Source: Minisyncoccia bacterium (GTDB lineage: Bacteria > Patescibacteriota > Minisyncoccia > SW-4-49-11). Taken from it: a stretch of 64,000 bases of DNA. Below, piece by piece: positions 41,141 to 50,695 of the stretch (position 1 is its first letter; every line of letters begins with the position of its first letter). The DNA lies in NCBI GenBank assembly GCA_044356725.1, contig JBIKVS010000005.1, positions 1 to 64,000 on the forward strand. The letters are read 5' to 3'. The notes beneath the pieces were generated by a model that did not search any database, was not told where the DNA came from, and saw nothing but the letters and a program-made list of their open reading frames with translations. The translations under genes and the position numbers were made by a program.

Positions 41141-44100
41141 ATGGAAAATGAAAGATATTTTAGATCACAAACTGAAGAAGAAATAAAGGAATTTGATGAA
41201 CTACAAGCTAAGAAAGATGAGATAATTCTATTATTGAAAAGTGGTGATATTGAGGGAGTAAAACAAATTCAGCAGGAATTTGCTCTGTCTGATGACATTA
41301 TGCAATCACCAGAAGTTCAAGAAGCTGCAATAGAAGGGTTTATTGATAACTTAAAATATGCTGAGATTAGGAGTGCAAAAGAAATTCAGCAGGAATTTTC
41401 TATCTCTGATGAGATACTACAGTCTTCCGAAGTCCAAGAAGCCGCTAAGGAAGGGATAATTTATAGATTAAAAAAGGGTAATATTGATACAGTAAAAAAA
41501 ATAAAAGAAGAATTTTCTATATCGGAGGAAATAATACAATCTCCAGAAGTCCAAGAAGCCGCTAAGGAAGCGATAATTTATAGATTAAAAAATGGAGATA
41601 TTAGGAGTGCAAAAGAAATTCAGCAGGAATTTTCTATCTCTGATGAGATAGTCCAAGAAACTGCAATAGAAGGGTTTATTGATAACTTAAAATATGCTGA
41701 GATTAGGAGTGCAAAAGAAATTCAGCAGGAATTTTCTATCTCTGATGAGATACTACAGTCTTCCGAAGTCCAAGAAGCTGCTGTAAAAGGGATAATATTT
41801 ATTTTACAGCAGGGTGATATTTATACAGTAAAAGAAATAAAAGAAGAATTTTCTATATCGGAGGAAATAATACAATCTCCAGAAGTCCAAGAAGCTGCTG
41901 TAAAAGGGATAATATTTATTTTACAGCAGGGTGATATTTATACAGTAAAAGAAATAAAAGAAGAATTTTCTATATCGGAGGAAATAATACAATCTCCAGA
42001 AGTCCAAGAAGCTGCTGTAAAAGGGATAATATTTATTTTACAGCATGGTAATATCGATAAAGCTAAAGAAATAAAAGAAGAGTTTAGTATATCAGAAGAG
42101 ATAAGCCAGTCTCCAGAAGTCCAAGAAGCTGCTATAAAAGGAATAATATTTATTTTACAGTATGGTAATATCGATAAAGCTAAAGAAATAAAAGAAGAGT
42201 TTAGTATATCAGAAGAGATAAGCCAGTCTCCAGAAGTCCAAGAAGCTGCTATAAAAGGAATAATATCTCTTTTGAAGATATATATGTTGGAGGAATATCC
42301 CCATGCAGCTATCGGAATAACTAGAGAAATAATAGATGAATTTAATGTATCAGAAGAGATAATACAACAAACTCCTAAAATTCAAGAAGTAGCGAAAGAA
42401 GGAATTATTTCCCAATTGAAGAGAGGAGATATTGAGATAGCTAAAAAAATACAGGAGGTATTTTTTGTTCCAATTGGAGAGGATATGAAAAATATGATTG
42501 AAATGAGTACACTATTTTCTACCTCTACAACCACTTCTTTTCAAACAATATCCATTAATTTAGATACTTATACAGAAGAACAATTAGCAACAATGTGGTC
42601 AAAAGCTCAAGAGTATGAATCTTGGGAAGATGAACATACTGTAAAAGCTCCCTTTGAGGCAGGTGTTGAAATATTTGGATATAAAAGAATGTTGCAGTAT
42701 ATAAAACGAGAAGGTTTAAGTCTTCATGATGCGGTGCATACTTTTGAGGGTGTTATTGACTTATACAATGTATCTGAGCTTGGCGAATCTGAATTTTATG
42801 GACACATTCTTCAGCAAGTTATGATGGATACCCGTGAATACGATGAAGGAAATGCACATCAACACTTTAATAGAATTGTACAAACTATGAATAAAGATAT
42901 TGCTGGAGTTTTGTCAAAAGCTGAGCAATATAATGAAGTCCAAAGATTACAAGATTTGATCTTATATTTTAATAATCCTCAAGCAGTTTTTTCTTCTTGG
43001 AGTGATTTAAAAAGATATAGTGAGATTGAGCAGTTACTTGGACAAACCGAAATCTTAGATGAGCTAAAAGCATTAAAAGCAGAGGGAAAAGAAAAATTAT
43101 ATACTTATATTGAGACCCTTGCCTTCCACCCAGATAGTAAAGTTAATATGCAATCAGTTATGCAATTTTGGCGCGACCCAGATGCATTTTTAGCAGCAGA
43201 TGCTTCACATACCCCATATGAAATTCATAATAGAAAAAAGCCATCAAATTATATTGATATACCTAATTTAGATTTAACAGCATCAGAACTTAGAGATGCT
43301 TTGGTTGAGGGCAAGATGGATGGACTCTCTGTATTTACCCCATTAGAAATACGTTATACTATTCCTATAGAAGATATAAAATCTGAACCATTTCCAGATT
43401 TAGTCAATAAAGCACTCGGGTCAAGTAAAAAAGGTATTGCAGGAGAAGCAAGGAATCCACGTAAATTATTTAATGAGCTTGGGAAATTACTCAAACCTCA
43501 TGGGGTAGGAGTGATTGAATATATTCAAGGACAATCATTACCAGAAGATATACATATTGATCAACAAATTCAAGATTTGCTATATAATCCTGAATTTGGT
43601 ATGAAAAAGTTAGAAGTTAAAGCAAGAGATTTTATAGCAAAAATAAGTCAGAAAAGTGATCCTGAAGGAGCAATAGCGGGAGATGATACTGTTAACTGTA
43701 TGCCTTTTGGAGATGGCAAAAATACCTTATATACATTTAACCCAAATACTTCACAATTTGTAATTAGAGCGGTTAAGGGTGATGGAAAAGAAAGGACTAT
43801 AGCTCAAAGTGTGTTGACAAAAGATATTGATGTACAAAAACCAGTCCCATATATTACACAACAATTAGAGCATACGGGTGGACATCTTGAAAGTGTGTTA
43901 TCTGAAAATCTTGTAATAAATGCTCCTGTTTATCTTGCTTGTGATAATATTGAAGTAGCTCCAAATTATTCTGATGAAAGATATAAGCAAATTATTGAGG
44001 CAATATATAAAGATTTCTTTAGAGAGTATATGACTAAATACTCATCAACTCAAAACTTAGACCCTACTAAGGTTCCTATAGGAATGGGTTATACCGATGC

Positions 44101-44848
44101 TCTTAGTACATTACAAACAGAATCTAATACCTTTATCCCACAAGCTCCTGTGAGTTATTCAGACAAAACAGGAGAATATGTATATACACTTGATCTTAGA
44201 AATGAAGAAAATTTAAATCTTATCTTAAATAAAGCGGTGCAAGAAACAGAAGTGGAAGCTCAGGGAGAAGTCCCTATTCCTAACATAAAAGGATTAGATT
44301 ACTTAACATTTGAGGATACACTTAAAGCCTCATATCTTGAGGGCAAAGCATATTCAGATAATCAAGGACTTATGCAGTTTTTAGCTAATATGGAAAATAG
44401 TTTAATTGCCAAAGACATAAATAATGCAGCTAAAGATAGACCTAATATGAGTCTTAAATATACAGATGAGGCTGGACGAATTAAAGGCTATATGCTTTCC
44501 TGGGAGGGACATTTAAATGATAGAAATATTCAATACGATATGCCAAATTTATCTAATGAACCTTGTATTTATATTATGGATCTTGCAACAGATTTAGAAA
44601 GTAGTATGGCTGGGGGGAGGTTGATACAAGGTTTTATAGAGTTGTATAGACAGAATTATCTCGATAAAGGAAATCTTATGCCAATTTTCACTCAAGCAAG
44701 GGAAGCTACTTCATATAAAATTATAAAAAAACAGTTAGATAGATTAGGTCAAAGTACTGGATTTGCTTTTGAACTGGTAGAATTACCTACATATAAAGTT
44801 GGAGATGATGTAATGTATCCTGTTATTATAAGTCCAGTCTCAACATAA
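41141..44848 (+). CDS. Large protein with N-terminal 41-aa helical tandem repeats and possible C-terminal GNAT-like domain
   Basis: About 10 repeats of SPEVQEAA..GII..L..G.I..AKEI.EEFSISEEI.Q; C-terminal IYIMDLA..AGGRLI..AREATSY. Confidence 0.85.
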   Translation: MENERYFRSQTEEEIKEFDELQAKKDEIILLLKSGDIEGVKQIQQEFALSDDIMQSPEVQEAAIEGFIDNLKYAEIRSAKEIQQEFSISDEILQSSEVQEAAKEGIIYRLKKGNIDTVKKIKEEFSISEEIIQSPEVQEAAKEAIIYRLKNGDIRSAKEIQQEFSISDEIVQETAIEGFIDNLKYAEIRSAKEIQQEFSISDEILQSSEVQEAAVKGIIFILQQGDIYTVKEIKEEFSISEEIIQSPEVQEAAVKGIIFILQQGDIYTVKEIKEEFSISEEIIQSPEVQEAAVKGIIFILQHGNIDKAKEIKEEFSISEEISQSPEVQEAAIKGIIFILQYGNIDKAKEIKEEFSISEEISQSPEVQEAAIKGIISLLKIYMLEEYPHAAIGITREIIDEFNVSEEIIQQTPKIQEVAKEGIISQLKRGDIEIAKKIQEVFFVPIGEDMKNMIEMSTLFSTSTTTSFQTISINLDTYTEEQLATMWSKAQEYESWEDEHTVKAPFEAGVEIFGYKRMLQYIKREGLSLHDAVHTFEGVIDLYNVSELGESEFYGHILQQVMMDTREYDEGNAHQHFNRIVQTMNKDIAGVLSKAEQYNEVQRLQDLILYFNNPQAVFSSWSDLKRYSEIEQLLGQTEILDELKALKAEGKEKLYTYIETLAFHPDSKVNMQSVMQFWRDPDAFLAADASHTPYEIHNRKKPSNYIDIPNLDLTASELRDALVEGKMDGLSVFTPLEIRYTIPIEDIKSEPFPDLVNKALGSSKKGIAGEARNPRKLFNELGKLLKPHGVGVIEYIQGQSLPEDIHIDQQIQDLLYNPEFGMKKLEVKARDFIAKISQKSDPEGAIAGDDTVNCMPFGDGKNTLYTFNPNTSQFVIRAVKGDGKERTIAQSVLTKDIDVQKPVPYITQQLEHTGGHLESVLSENLVINAPVYLACDNIEVAPNYSDERYKQIIEAIYKDFFREYMTKYSSTQNLDPTKVPIGMGYTDALSTLQTESNTFIPQAPVSYSDKTGEYVYTLDLRNEENLNLILNKAVQETEVEAQGEVPIPNIKGLDYLTFEDTLKASYLEGKAYSDNQGLMQFLANMENSLIAKDINNAAKDRPNMSLKYTDEAGRIKGYMLSWEGHLNDRNIQYDMPNLSNEPCIYIMDLATDLESSMAGGRLIQGFIELYRQNYLDKGNLMPIFTQAREATSYKIIKKQLDRLGQSTGFAFELVELPTYKVGDDVMYPVIISPVST
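41225..42460 (+). repeat. 123-bp intragenic tandem repeat array
   Basis: Near-identical consecutive units, e.g. those starting near 41765, 41888, 42011 and 42134. Confidence 0.9.
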
Positions 44849-44891
44849 GTCTGCATTTAATGGTTATAATTTACAGGGAGATGTTTATTTG

Positions 44892-45512
44892 TTATAGATA
44901 ACCACTATACTCCTTCTCTAATTTTCTTAATTGTTGATTTAATTCTATTCTACGGTTTAATTGGACTTCTTTACTGATTTGACTTTTTAGTTTATTGATT
45001 TCTTTTTCTAATTTTATCTTAGCTTTATGTGTATTTACTAATTCTTGTAAATTGCTCTTAGTTTGGGTAAGTGGTATGAATTTTTTGACTAGATTTTCGT
45101 ATATAATTTCTAGATTATGTCCTATAAAATTGAATTCCATTTGTTGATTCCATACACTATAATAAATGTCTCGCTCTTGTGTGGTTTTTAGGTTAATTGC
45201 ATAACAATAATCTGTATCTTGATAAGTTATATAAAATAATATGGGATATGGGATGGATTTATCTATAATTTGTAATATTTCTTTTGGGAATATTTTTTGC
45301 TTAAGTTCAATTTGAAATATTTGGATTTCTTCTATTTTTAGGGTAGCTGGGACTTGTATTGTATGTGGTGAAATTGTATGTAATATTTTAATTCTTTCAA
45401 TATTATGAGTGAACGCTTCTTTGTGTTTTGTATTCAAATTATACCTTTTATAGAAGGCGTTTTTGGGTATTACACGATTGACTTTGGTACTATTTGGTAA
45501 GTTAAAGTCCAT
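44892..45512 (-). CDS. DUF4391 family protein
   Basis: FNLP.ST.VNR.IPKN.FY, EEIQIF, IDKSIPYPI, C-terminal KE.QLNRR.ELN. Confidence 0.85.
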   Translation of the reverse strand: MDFNLPNSTKVNRVIPKNAFYKRYNLNTKHKEAFTHNIERIKILHTISPHTIQVPATLKIEEIQIFQIELKQKIFPKEILQIIDKSIPYPILFYITYQDTDYCYAINLKTTQERDIYYSVWNQQMEFNFIGHNLEIIYENLVKKFIPLTQTKSNLQELVNTHKAKIKLEKEINKLKSQISKEVQLNRRIELNQQLRKLEKEYSGYL

Positions 45513-45516
45513 AGAT

Positions 45517-48500
45517 TTATCTCACTACAAGGAAGCTAATCAATTCAAAATCTTCTAGTCCCTGTACATTTTGTCTAGTAAAAGTAGTTCCTCCTGGTCG
45601 GAATAGGCTATCTAGATCGGTTTCCTCTTTAAGGTTAATAATTGAGTCGATGGCTTGGTCTAATAGTTCAGAATATTCTTGCATATTATTGCCATCATCG
45701 GTTTCTTGGTTGAATGGTTGATATACTTCTGGAATTGGAGTATTGTCATTTCTGGCTATGGCTCTCATTATATCTAGAGTTTTTTTGACATTAAGATGAT
45801 TGACTACAATTTCGCCATCTTGTGAGATATATACTAGATAAAATGGGTGTAATTGATTTATATTATTGATATTGATTTCATTACGACGATTTTTGAGTAT
45901 AAAGATAACTCCTGGATTGGCATTGATTTCTGGTTTGGCCTTACAAACTGCATGCATTCCTGTGGGCATATTTTGATAGGTTTTGAGGTCATTAGCTTTA
46001 CCTATCAAATCCATTCTAAAATCATTGAGTCCTAAATCGGTGATTGAAACTCCTGTATCCATATCTTCCAAATCAATTACTTCATTTTGTAGTTTTTGTA
46101 ATTGTTTTTTACGAAATTCTAAATCAACTGAGCTATTATTTAAGACATTATCCTCTCCTGTAGATACATTCACCATAGTCATTCTATTCTCTACTCTATT
46201 CTTAAGGTCAATATAAGAGTCTAAATCTATTGATGGCCAGAAATTTACTAATTGTATATCTTTGTTTTGAGACCCGATTCTATCTATTCTTCCAAATCTC
46301 TGAATAATTCGAACTGGGTTCCAATGTATATCATAATTTACTAGATAATCACAATCTTGAAGATTTTGTCCTTCCGAAATACAATCTGTGGCGATGAGAA
46401 TGTCTATTTCTGGATAATCTTGATATTTATCTTGTCTTTTCTTCGATTTTGGGGAGAAAAATGTGAGCAAGGTATTAAAATCTGAACCTATATTTAAGGT
46501 GGATTTATTATTACCAGAACCTATAATTTGAGCTACTTCCAAGTTTAGATTATTCTTAGCATAAACTGATATATGTTCATATAAATATTCGGCTGTATCT
46601 GCAAAAGCAGTAAAGATTAAAATCTTTTTATTATTTGGGTTAATTGGATGCTTTTGTTTATATTCAATAATATTTTTTAAGGCTCTTAGCTTACTATCTT
46701 GTTCTGGTGTGACTCTTGTCATTTCTAAAAGTATGGAGTTAATTATGGCAAGGTCAGCTTCTAAATCTCGCTTCCAAGTCAAGGTATCCATATCTTCTAA
46801 TTTGATTTGGACTTTTTGTCCTATAATTGAGTCTTCGTCATCTTCTTCGGTTATAGTATTGAAACTTCCTGCTTGACTACTATGATTTGTTTCAAATGCT
46901 GATATTTTTTGTAAATTCTCTTCAATATTTTGTTGTAAACTAGATAGAGTTAAGCGAAAAGAATGAACCGAACTTTCTAATCTTTTTAGTAAATTAGTAA
47001 ATATGAGCTTTTTAAGACTCATTTCTCTAGTAGATTGCTGAAAACTAACTCTATCTGTGACTTTAGTGTCGTATAGATCACTATAATAATCTTGCTTTCC
47101 TATTAGAATATAGTTGGTGGGAGAATATACAGCTAAAGATAATTTTAATAGCTTATCTGCCACTTCTGACATATCCATAAAGTCTGGTAAATCGGTTATC
47201 TCAGGGTTTAAAGGAATTGGTTTAAGTCTATTAGGGAATTGTCCAATTTGAGACATATCATAGTATTTTTGTATATGTTTACGACTTCTAGCTATGGTTA
47301 TGCTATCTAATAATTTGAAGAAATCAAAGTGGCTACTTAGTCTATTCAATAATTCTGATGTTGTCCTCTCCTCTGCTGGTAATTTAGACCATTGATTAAA
47401 AGTTGTCTGAGCTCTTTTGATAATAGAATCTATGGAATATTTAGGGTCTATATTCTCATCAATTTGATTGGTCTTACCTTCATAAGCTAATGCGATCTGA
47501 TTTTTGAGATCTGATAATTCATTATTTACCGGAGTTGCTGAGAGCATTAAAACTTTAGTTTGAACTCCAGCTTTCATAACGTCATCTAAAAGTTTATCAT
47601 AACGAGTTTTCTTTTTGCCCTCATCTGTTGAGCTATTATTTTTATTACGAAAATTGTGAGACTCATCTATGACTACTAAATCGTAATTCCCCCAATTAAT
47701 TCTAGATAGGTCAATCTCTCCTGAGCGACCAAACTCTCTTGATAAATCAGTGTGAAATAAGACATCATAATTAAATCTATCTTTAATAAGAGGATTGTCA
47801 TAATAAGTTTTAGTATAAGTCTGCCAATTATCTCCTAACTTTTTTGGACAAAGCACTAATATATTTTGATTTCTCTCTTGATAGTATTTGATTACTCCTA
47901 ATGTGGTGAATGTTTTTCCTAGACCAACACTATCTGCTAATATACATCCGTTATATCTTTCTAGTTTATTTATTATTCCTATAACGGCATCTTTCTGAAA
48001 ATCGTATAAAATATTCCAAATTTGGGATTCTTTGAAACCTGTTTTTTCATTTGGCAATTCATCTTCAATGATATTTTCTAAAAACTCATTAAAAATATTA
48101 TATAGAGTAAAATAATAAATAAATGATGGTGGATTTTCTTTATATAAATTACTAATATAGTCCACTACTTCATCCGTCACATCTTTCAAAGCTTTTGGAT
48201 CATTCCATAAGTTGTTGAAATTATTTAGATATTGCTGAGTTAATTCTTTACCTAATAATTTGGTTGTCCCTCGTAGAATAACTCCATCACTTTCATATCC
48301 AAAACCTGCACTACTAAATTCATCTAAAGGCAAATAAACAGTGGATTCATCCTTATTGTCTATGGCTAAATTAGAATGTATGCCTCCATGTATATTGGAT
48401 TTAAACTTTACTTTTTGCTCTATCCATTGTTTACACTCTTTGGCAATTGCCCTGCCAGTCAATTCATTTTTTAAATTTATTTCAAATTCTGATCCACCAA

Positions 48501-48756
48501 CAGATTGTTTCTTTTTATCTGATCTAATTTCAAATAACTTTTGCTCTCGTGAAGTTTTTTCAGCTTCTATAAAGGTTGGGTCTGTAAAAATAAATCTTAA
48601 TTCATCAATATCGGACAACTCTTTTTTTAAGCTATTATACCCATACATTGAGAATATAGAGGCAGCAACTGAAACCTTTGCCCCAGATTTGAGATCTTTT
48701 TTTAGTTCATCTCCAATTTTATCAGTGGTATTATTTAACAGCTTTGGAATTGACAT
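45517..48756 (-). CDS. SNF2-family helicase associated with type III RM
   Basis: ILADSVGLGKT, DESHNFRN, LSATPVNN, DCISEGQNLQ, QRFGRIDR. Confidence 0.9.
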   Translation of the reverse strand: MSIPKLLNNTTDKIGDELKKDLKSGAKVSVAASIFSMYGYNSLKKELSDIDELRFIFTDPTFIEAEKTSREQKLFEIRSDKKKQSVGGSEFEINLKNELTGRAIAKECKQWIEQKVKFKSNIHGGIHSNLAIDNKDESTVYLPLDEFSSAGFGYESDGVILRGTTKLLGKELTQQYLNNFNNLWNDPKALKDVTDEVVDYISNLYKENPPSFIYYFTLYNIFNEFLENIIEDELPNEKTGFKESQIWNILYDFQKDAVIGIINKLERYNGCILADSVGLGKTFTTLGVIKYYQERNQNILVLCPKKLGDNWQTYTKTYYDNPLIKDRFNYDVLFHTDLSREFGRSGEIDLSRINWGNYDLVVIDESHNFRNKNNSSTDEGKKKTRYDKLLDDVMKAGVQTKVLMLSATPVNNELSDLKNQIALAYEGKTNQIDENIDPKYSIDSIIKRAQTTFNQWSKLPAEERTTSELLNRLSSHFDFFKLLDSITIARSRKHIQKYYDMSQIGQFPNRLKPIPLNPEITDLPDFMDMSEVADKLLKLSLAVYSPTNYILIGKQDYYSDLYDTKVTDRVSFQQSTREMSLKKLIFTNLLKRLESSVHSFRLTLSSLQQNIEENLQKISAFETNHSSQAGSFNTITEEDDEDSIIGQKVQIKLEDMDTLTWKRDLEADLAIINSILLEMTRVTPEQDSKLRALKNIIEYKQKHPINPNNKKILIFTAFADTAEYLYEHISVYAKNNLNLEVAQIIGSGNNKSTLNIGSDFNTLLTFFSPKSKKRQDKYQDYPEIDILIATDCISEGQNLQDCDYLVNYDIHWNPVRIIQRFGRIDRIGSQNKDIQLVNFWPSIDLDSYIDLKNRVENRMTMVNVSTGEDNVLNNSSVDLEFRKKQLQKLQNEVIDLEDMDTGVSITDLGLNDFRMDLIGKANDLKTYQNMPTGMHAVCKAKPEINANPGVIFILKNRRNEININNINQLHPFYLVYISQDGEIVVNHLNVKKTLDIMRAIARNDNTPIPEVYQPFNQETDDGNNMQEYSELLDQAIDSIINLKEETDLDSLFRPGGTTFTRQNVQGLEDFELISFLVVR

Positions 48757-48850
48757 AAAGCTATGATCTTTTATAGAGATTTATATAATTACTAATTCAT
48801 ATTATACCACATTTTTGCCTTTTTGTTTAGGGTAGTGAGAAAATGCAAAA

Positions 48851-48952
48851 TCTATCGACAAAAATTGTCGATAGAAATCTAAACTCCCTTATATTGGCTG
48901 ATTTATAAGTATTTTTTATCTGCCAAAATTGTCGATAGATTGTCGATAGAAA
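48851..48952. promoter_or_regulatory. CTATCGACAA palindrome cluster, copy 2
   Basis: Homologous to 26421-26525, including the spacer tatattggct.atttataag. Confidence 0.6.
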
Positions 48953-49018
48953 TTATTTAGTCCTGTTTGAGTTCTAAATTATGGCAAATTCGCTATAATT
49001 AAAATTTTTGGAGTAAAG

Positions 49019-49044
49019 AAAAAAGCCACCTTGTGTGGTGGCTT
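49019..49044 (-). terminator. Cassette terminator
   Basis: aagccacc-acacaa-ggtggctt hairpin followed by T-run. Confidence 0.75.
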
Positions 49045-49062
49045 GGGGTTGAGAGAAAATTC

Positions 49063-49431
49063 TCAGATTGGGCTTTTGGGAACAAGTCCGAGGCGCTCAA
49101 CCTCAGGTTTGAGGTGGCAGACCTCTGGTTGTTCTGTTCTTTCTAACAATGGATCTCCGAGCAGAGCATACCCTGAAGTTGATGAACCCCCACTGTAGTA
49201 GGGAGCACAGTTAATGGGGCGGGATGCCCTGATCTGATCTCGAGCATCAGAGGCTGCGGCTATGTGAAGCATAGCAGCGTGAAGCATAGCAGCAGAAGCT
49301 TCGGCTCTGTGAAGCCTTGGAAGGAAGTAAATACTTGGTGTAGAACCAACTATTACTCCGAAAAGTAAGAAGAGAATACGAGAGTCAGGCTTCCAAAGAG
49401 AATTTTGTTTGATAACTTCAGGTTTTTTCAT
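49063..49431 (-). CDS. Orphan membrane-anchored protein
   Basis: TM helix, 15-bp tandem duplication (AAMLH twice), promoter TTGACA-17-TAATGT (49459-49487). Confidence 0.6.
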   Translation of the reverse strand: MKKPEVIKQNSLWKPDSRILFLLFGVIVGSTPSIYFLPRLHRAEASAAMLHAAMLHIAAASDARDQIRASRPINCAPYYSGGSSTSGYALLGDPLLERTEQPEVCHLKPEVERLGLVPKSPI

Positions 49432-49522
49432 TGAAAAATGAATTTGTTTTTCAAATAGACATTAGCACATAAAACACATTTTGTCAATAGTAGTCGTCAA
49501 TTTGTAGTATGAGAGGCGATAT

Positions 49523-49740
49523 GTCCACCCTCCGCCGTCGCAAATGGGATTTGCTCCTTGAAAACCCACGGTTTCCAACACTCGGTCTTTGACCTCGTTG
49601 CCTTCCTCCACGGAAAAACTCCCGTTTTCCCGACCCCTTTCCCAAAGTCTAAAGCCTTTTTACGGTGACACCTCCCCCAAGGGAGGACACAATACTTTTC
49701 CACCCCGTCAGGCAAAGCCTGCCACCCCTCAAGAGGGGAA
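49523..49740. repeat. Composite REP-like element (core nested in unit 1, plus unit 2)
   Basis: Shared core and flanking units. Confidence 0.9.
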
Positions 49741-49743
49741 TTT

Positions 49744-49769
49744 AAAAAGCCACCGTGAGCGGGTGGCTT
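49744..49769 (-). terminator. Cassette terminator, identical to the one at 50367-50392
   Basis: aaaaagccaccgtgagcgggtggctt. Confidence 0.75.
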
Positions 49770-49790
49770 GGGGGGCTATGTATGAAGGAA

Positions 49791-49949
49791 TCAGGCACGA
49801 ACTGCCCAGTGGCGGATACCAGGGCACTCCTGGTCCATCTCGTCACACATACTCTTGGCTTCTTTATCAGAGGACATGAGGATGGGAGAGGTTCCATGAC
49901 CTGTCACTCCTGTGAAGGTTGATTTCCAATGAATTACGTAACGAAACAT
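49791..49949 (-). CDS. 52-aa micro-protein absent from the ORF track, paralog of 33146-33331
   Basis: MFRYVIHWKSTFTGVTGHGTSPILMSSDKEAKSMCDEMDQECPGIRHWAVRA; promoter TTGACA-17-TATATA (49977-50005); own terminator. Confidence 0.7.
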   Translation of the reverse strand: MFRYVIHWKSTFTGVTGHGTSPILMSSDKEAKSMCDEMDQECPGIRHWAVRA

Positions 49950-50038
49950 GGCCTTAGAGGTCAATTTACGATATTATATATACCATATTTTACCAATTTT
50001 GTCAATAGTAGGCGTCAATTTGTAGTATGAGAAGCAAT

Positions 50039-50362
50039 GTCCACCCTCCCCCTGCGGGTACTCCCTCCGAAGGGAGACATTAGATCAGGACACAATCCCC
50101 CGTCATAAATGTCCTCCTCCGCCGTCGTAAATAGGATTTACTCCTGTCCTCACTCCGTCGTCGCAAATGGGGATTTGCTCCTTGAAAACCCACGGTTTCC
50201 AACACTCGGTCTTTGACCTCGTTGCCTTCCTTCACGGTAAAACTACCGTTTTCCCGACCCCTTTCCCAGAATTTCAGTCTAACTACGGTGACACCTCCCC
50301 CGAGGGAGGACACAATACTTTTCCACTCTGTCCAGCAAAACCTGCCACCCCTCAAGAGGGGC
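50039..50362. repeat. Composite REP-like element with stuttered left end, core, and units 1-3
   Basis: Nearly colinear with 52240-52578. Confidence 0.9.
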
Positions 50363-50422
50363 ATTTAAAAAGCCACCGTGAGCGGGTGGCTTGGGGTTTA
50401 GTCGATCTAGCTATTTTGTGGT

Positions 50423-50608
50423 TCATATATATTCTACAGAGTGAATATAAGATCCATTACTTAATTGATTCATTTCTTCACAGATACTCTCTACCTGTCC
50501 GACTGAATCATATTCAATGATTGGTCCCTTACCTTCAGTACCATTTCCCATATGTTTCCAGTTAACCCGGGCTTTGATTTTTTTGGACTCCTACATATTA
50601 GGATTCAT
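50423..50608 (-). pseudogene. Copy of the 61-aa micro-protein with an in-frame TAG at codon 6
   Basis: Same 186-bp length as 33146-33331; CAG to TAG at 50591-50593, rest of frame open. Confidence 0.75.
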
Positions 50609-50695
50609 TTTGGAGATACAGATTGTGTTTACTCAATACTTATAGCATAATATTGTTACTTTGTACATAAATTAATTCTTCTTCGATAATATTAG

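Noticed and set aside
41141-42460. Diversity-generating retroelement template/variable repeat pair
   Set aside because: The repeats are tandem and coding, differences are not confined to adenines, and no reverse transcriptase is present.
23073-48756. DISARM or BREX system
   Set aside because: No recognisable DrmA/DrmB (DUF1998), PglZ or BrxC genes.
50591-50593. TAG-to-Gln recoding to rescue the micro-protein copy
   Set aside because: TAG terminates rny, rpoC and mod here, so a nonsense mutation is the simpler explanation.
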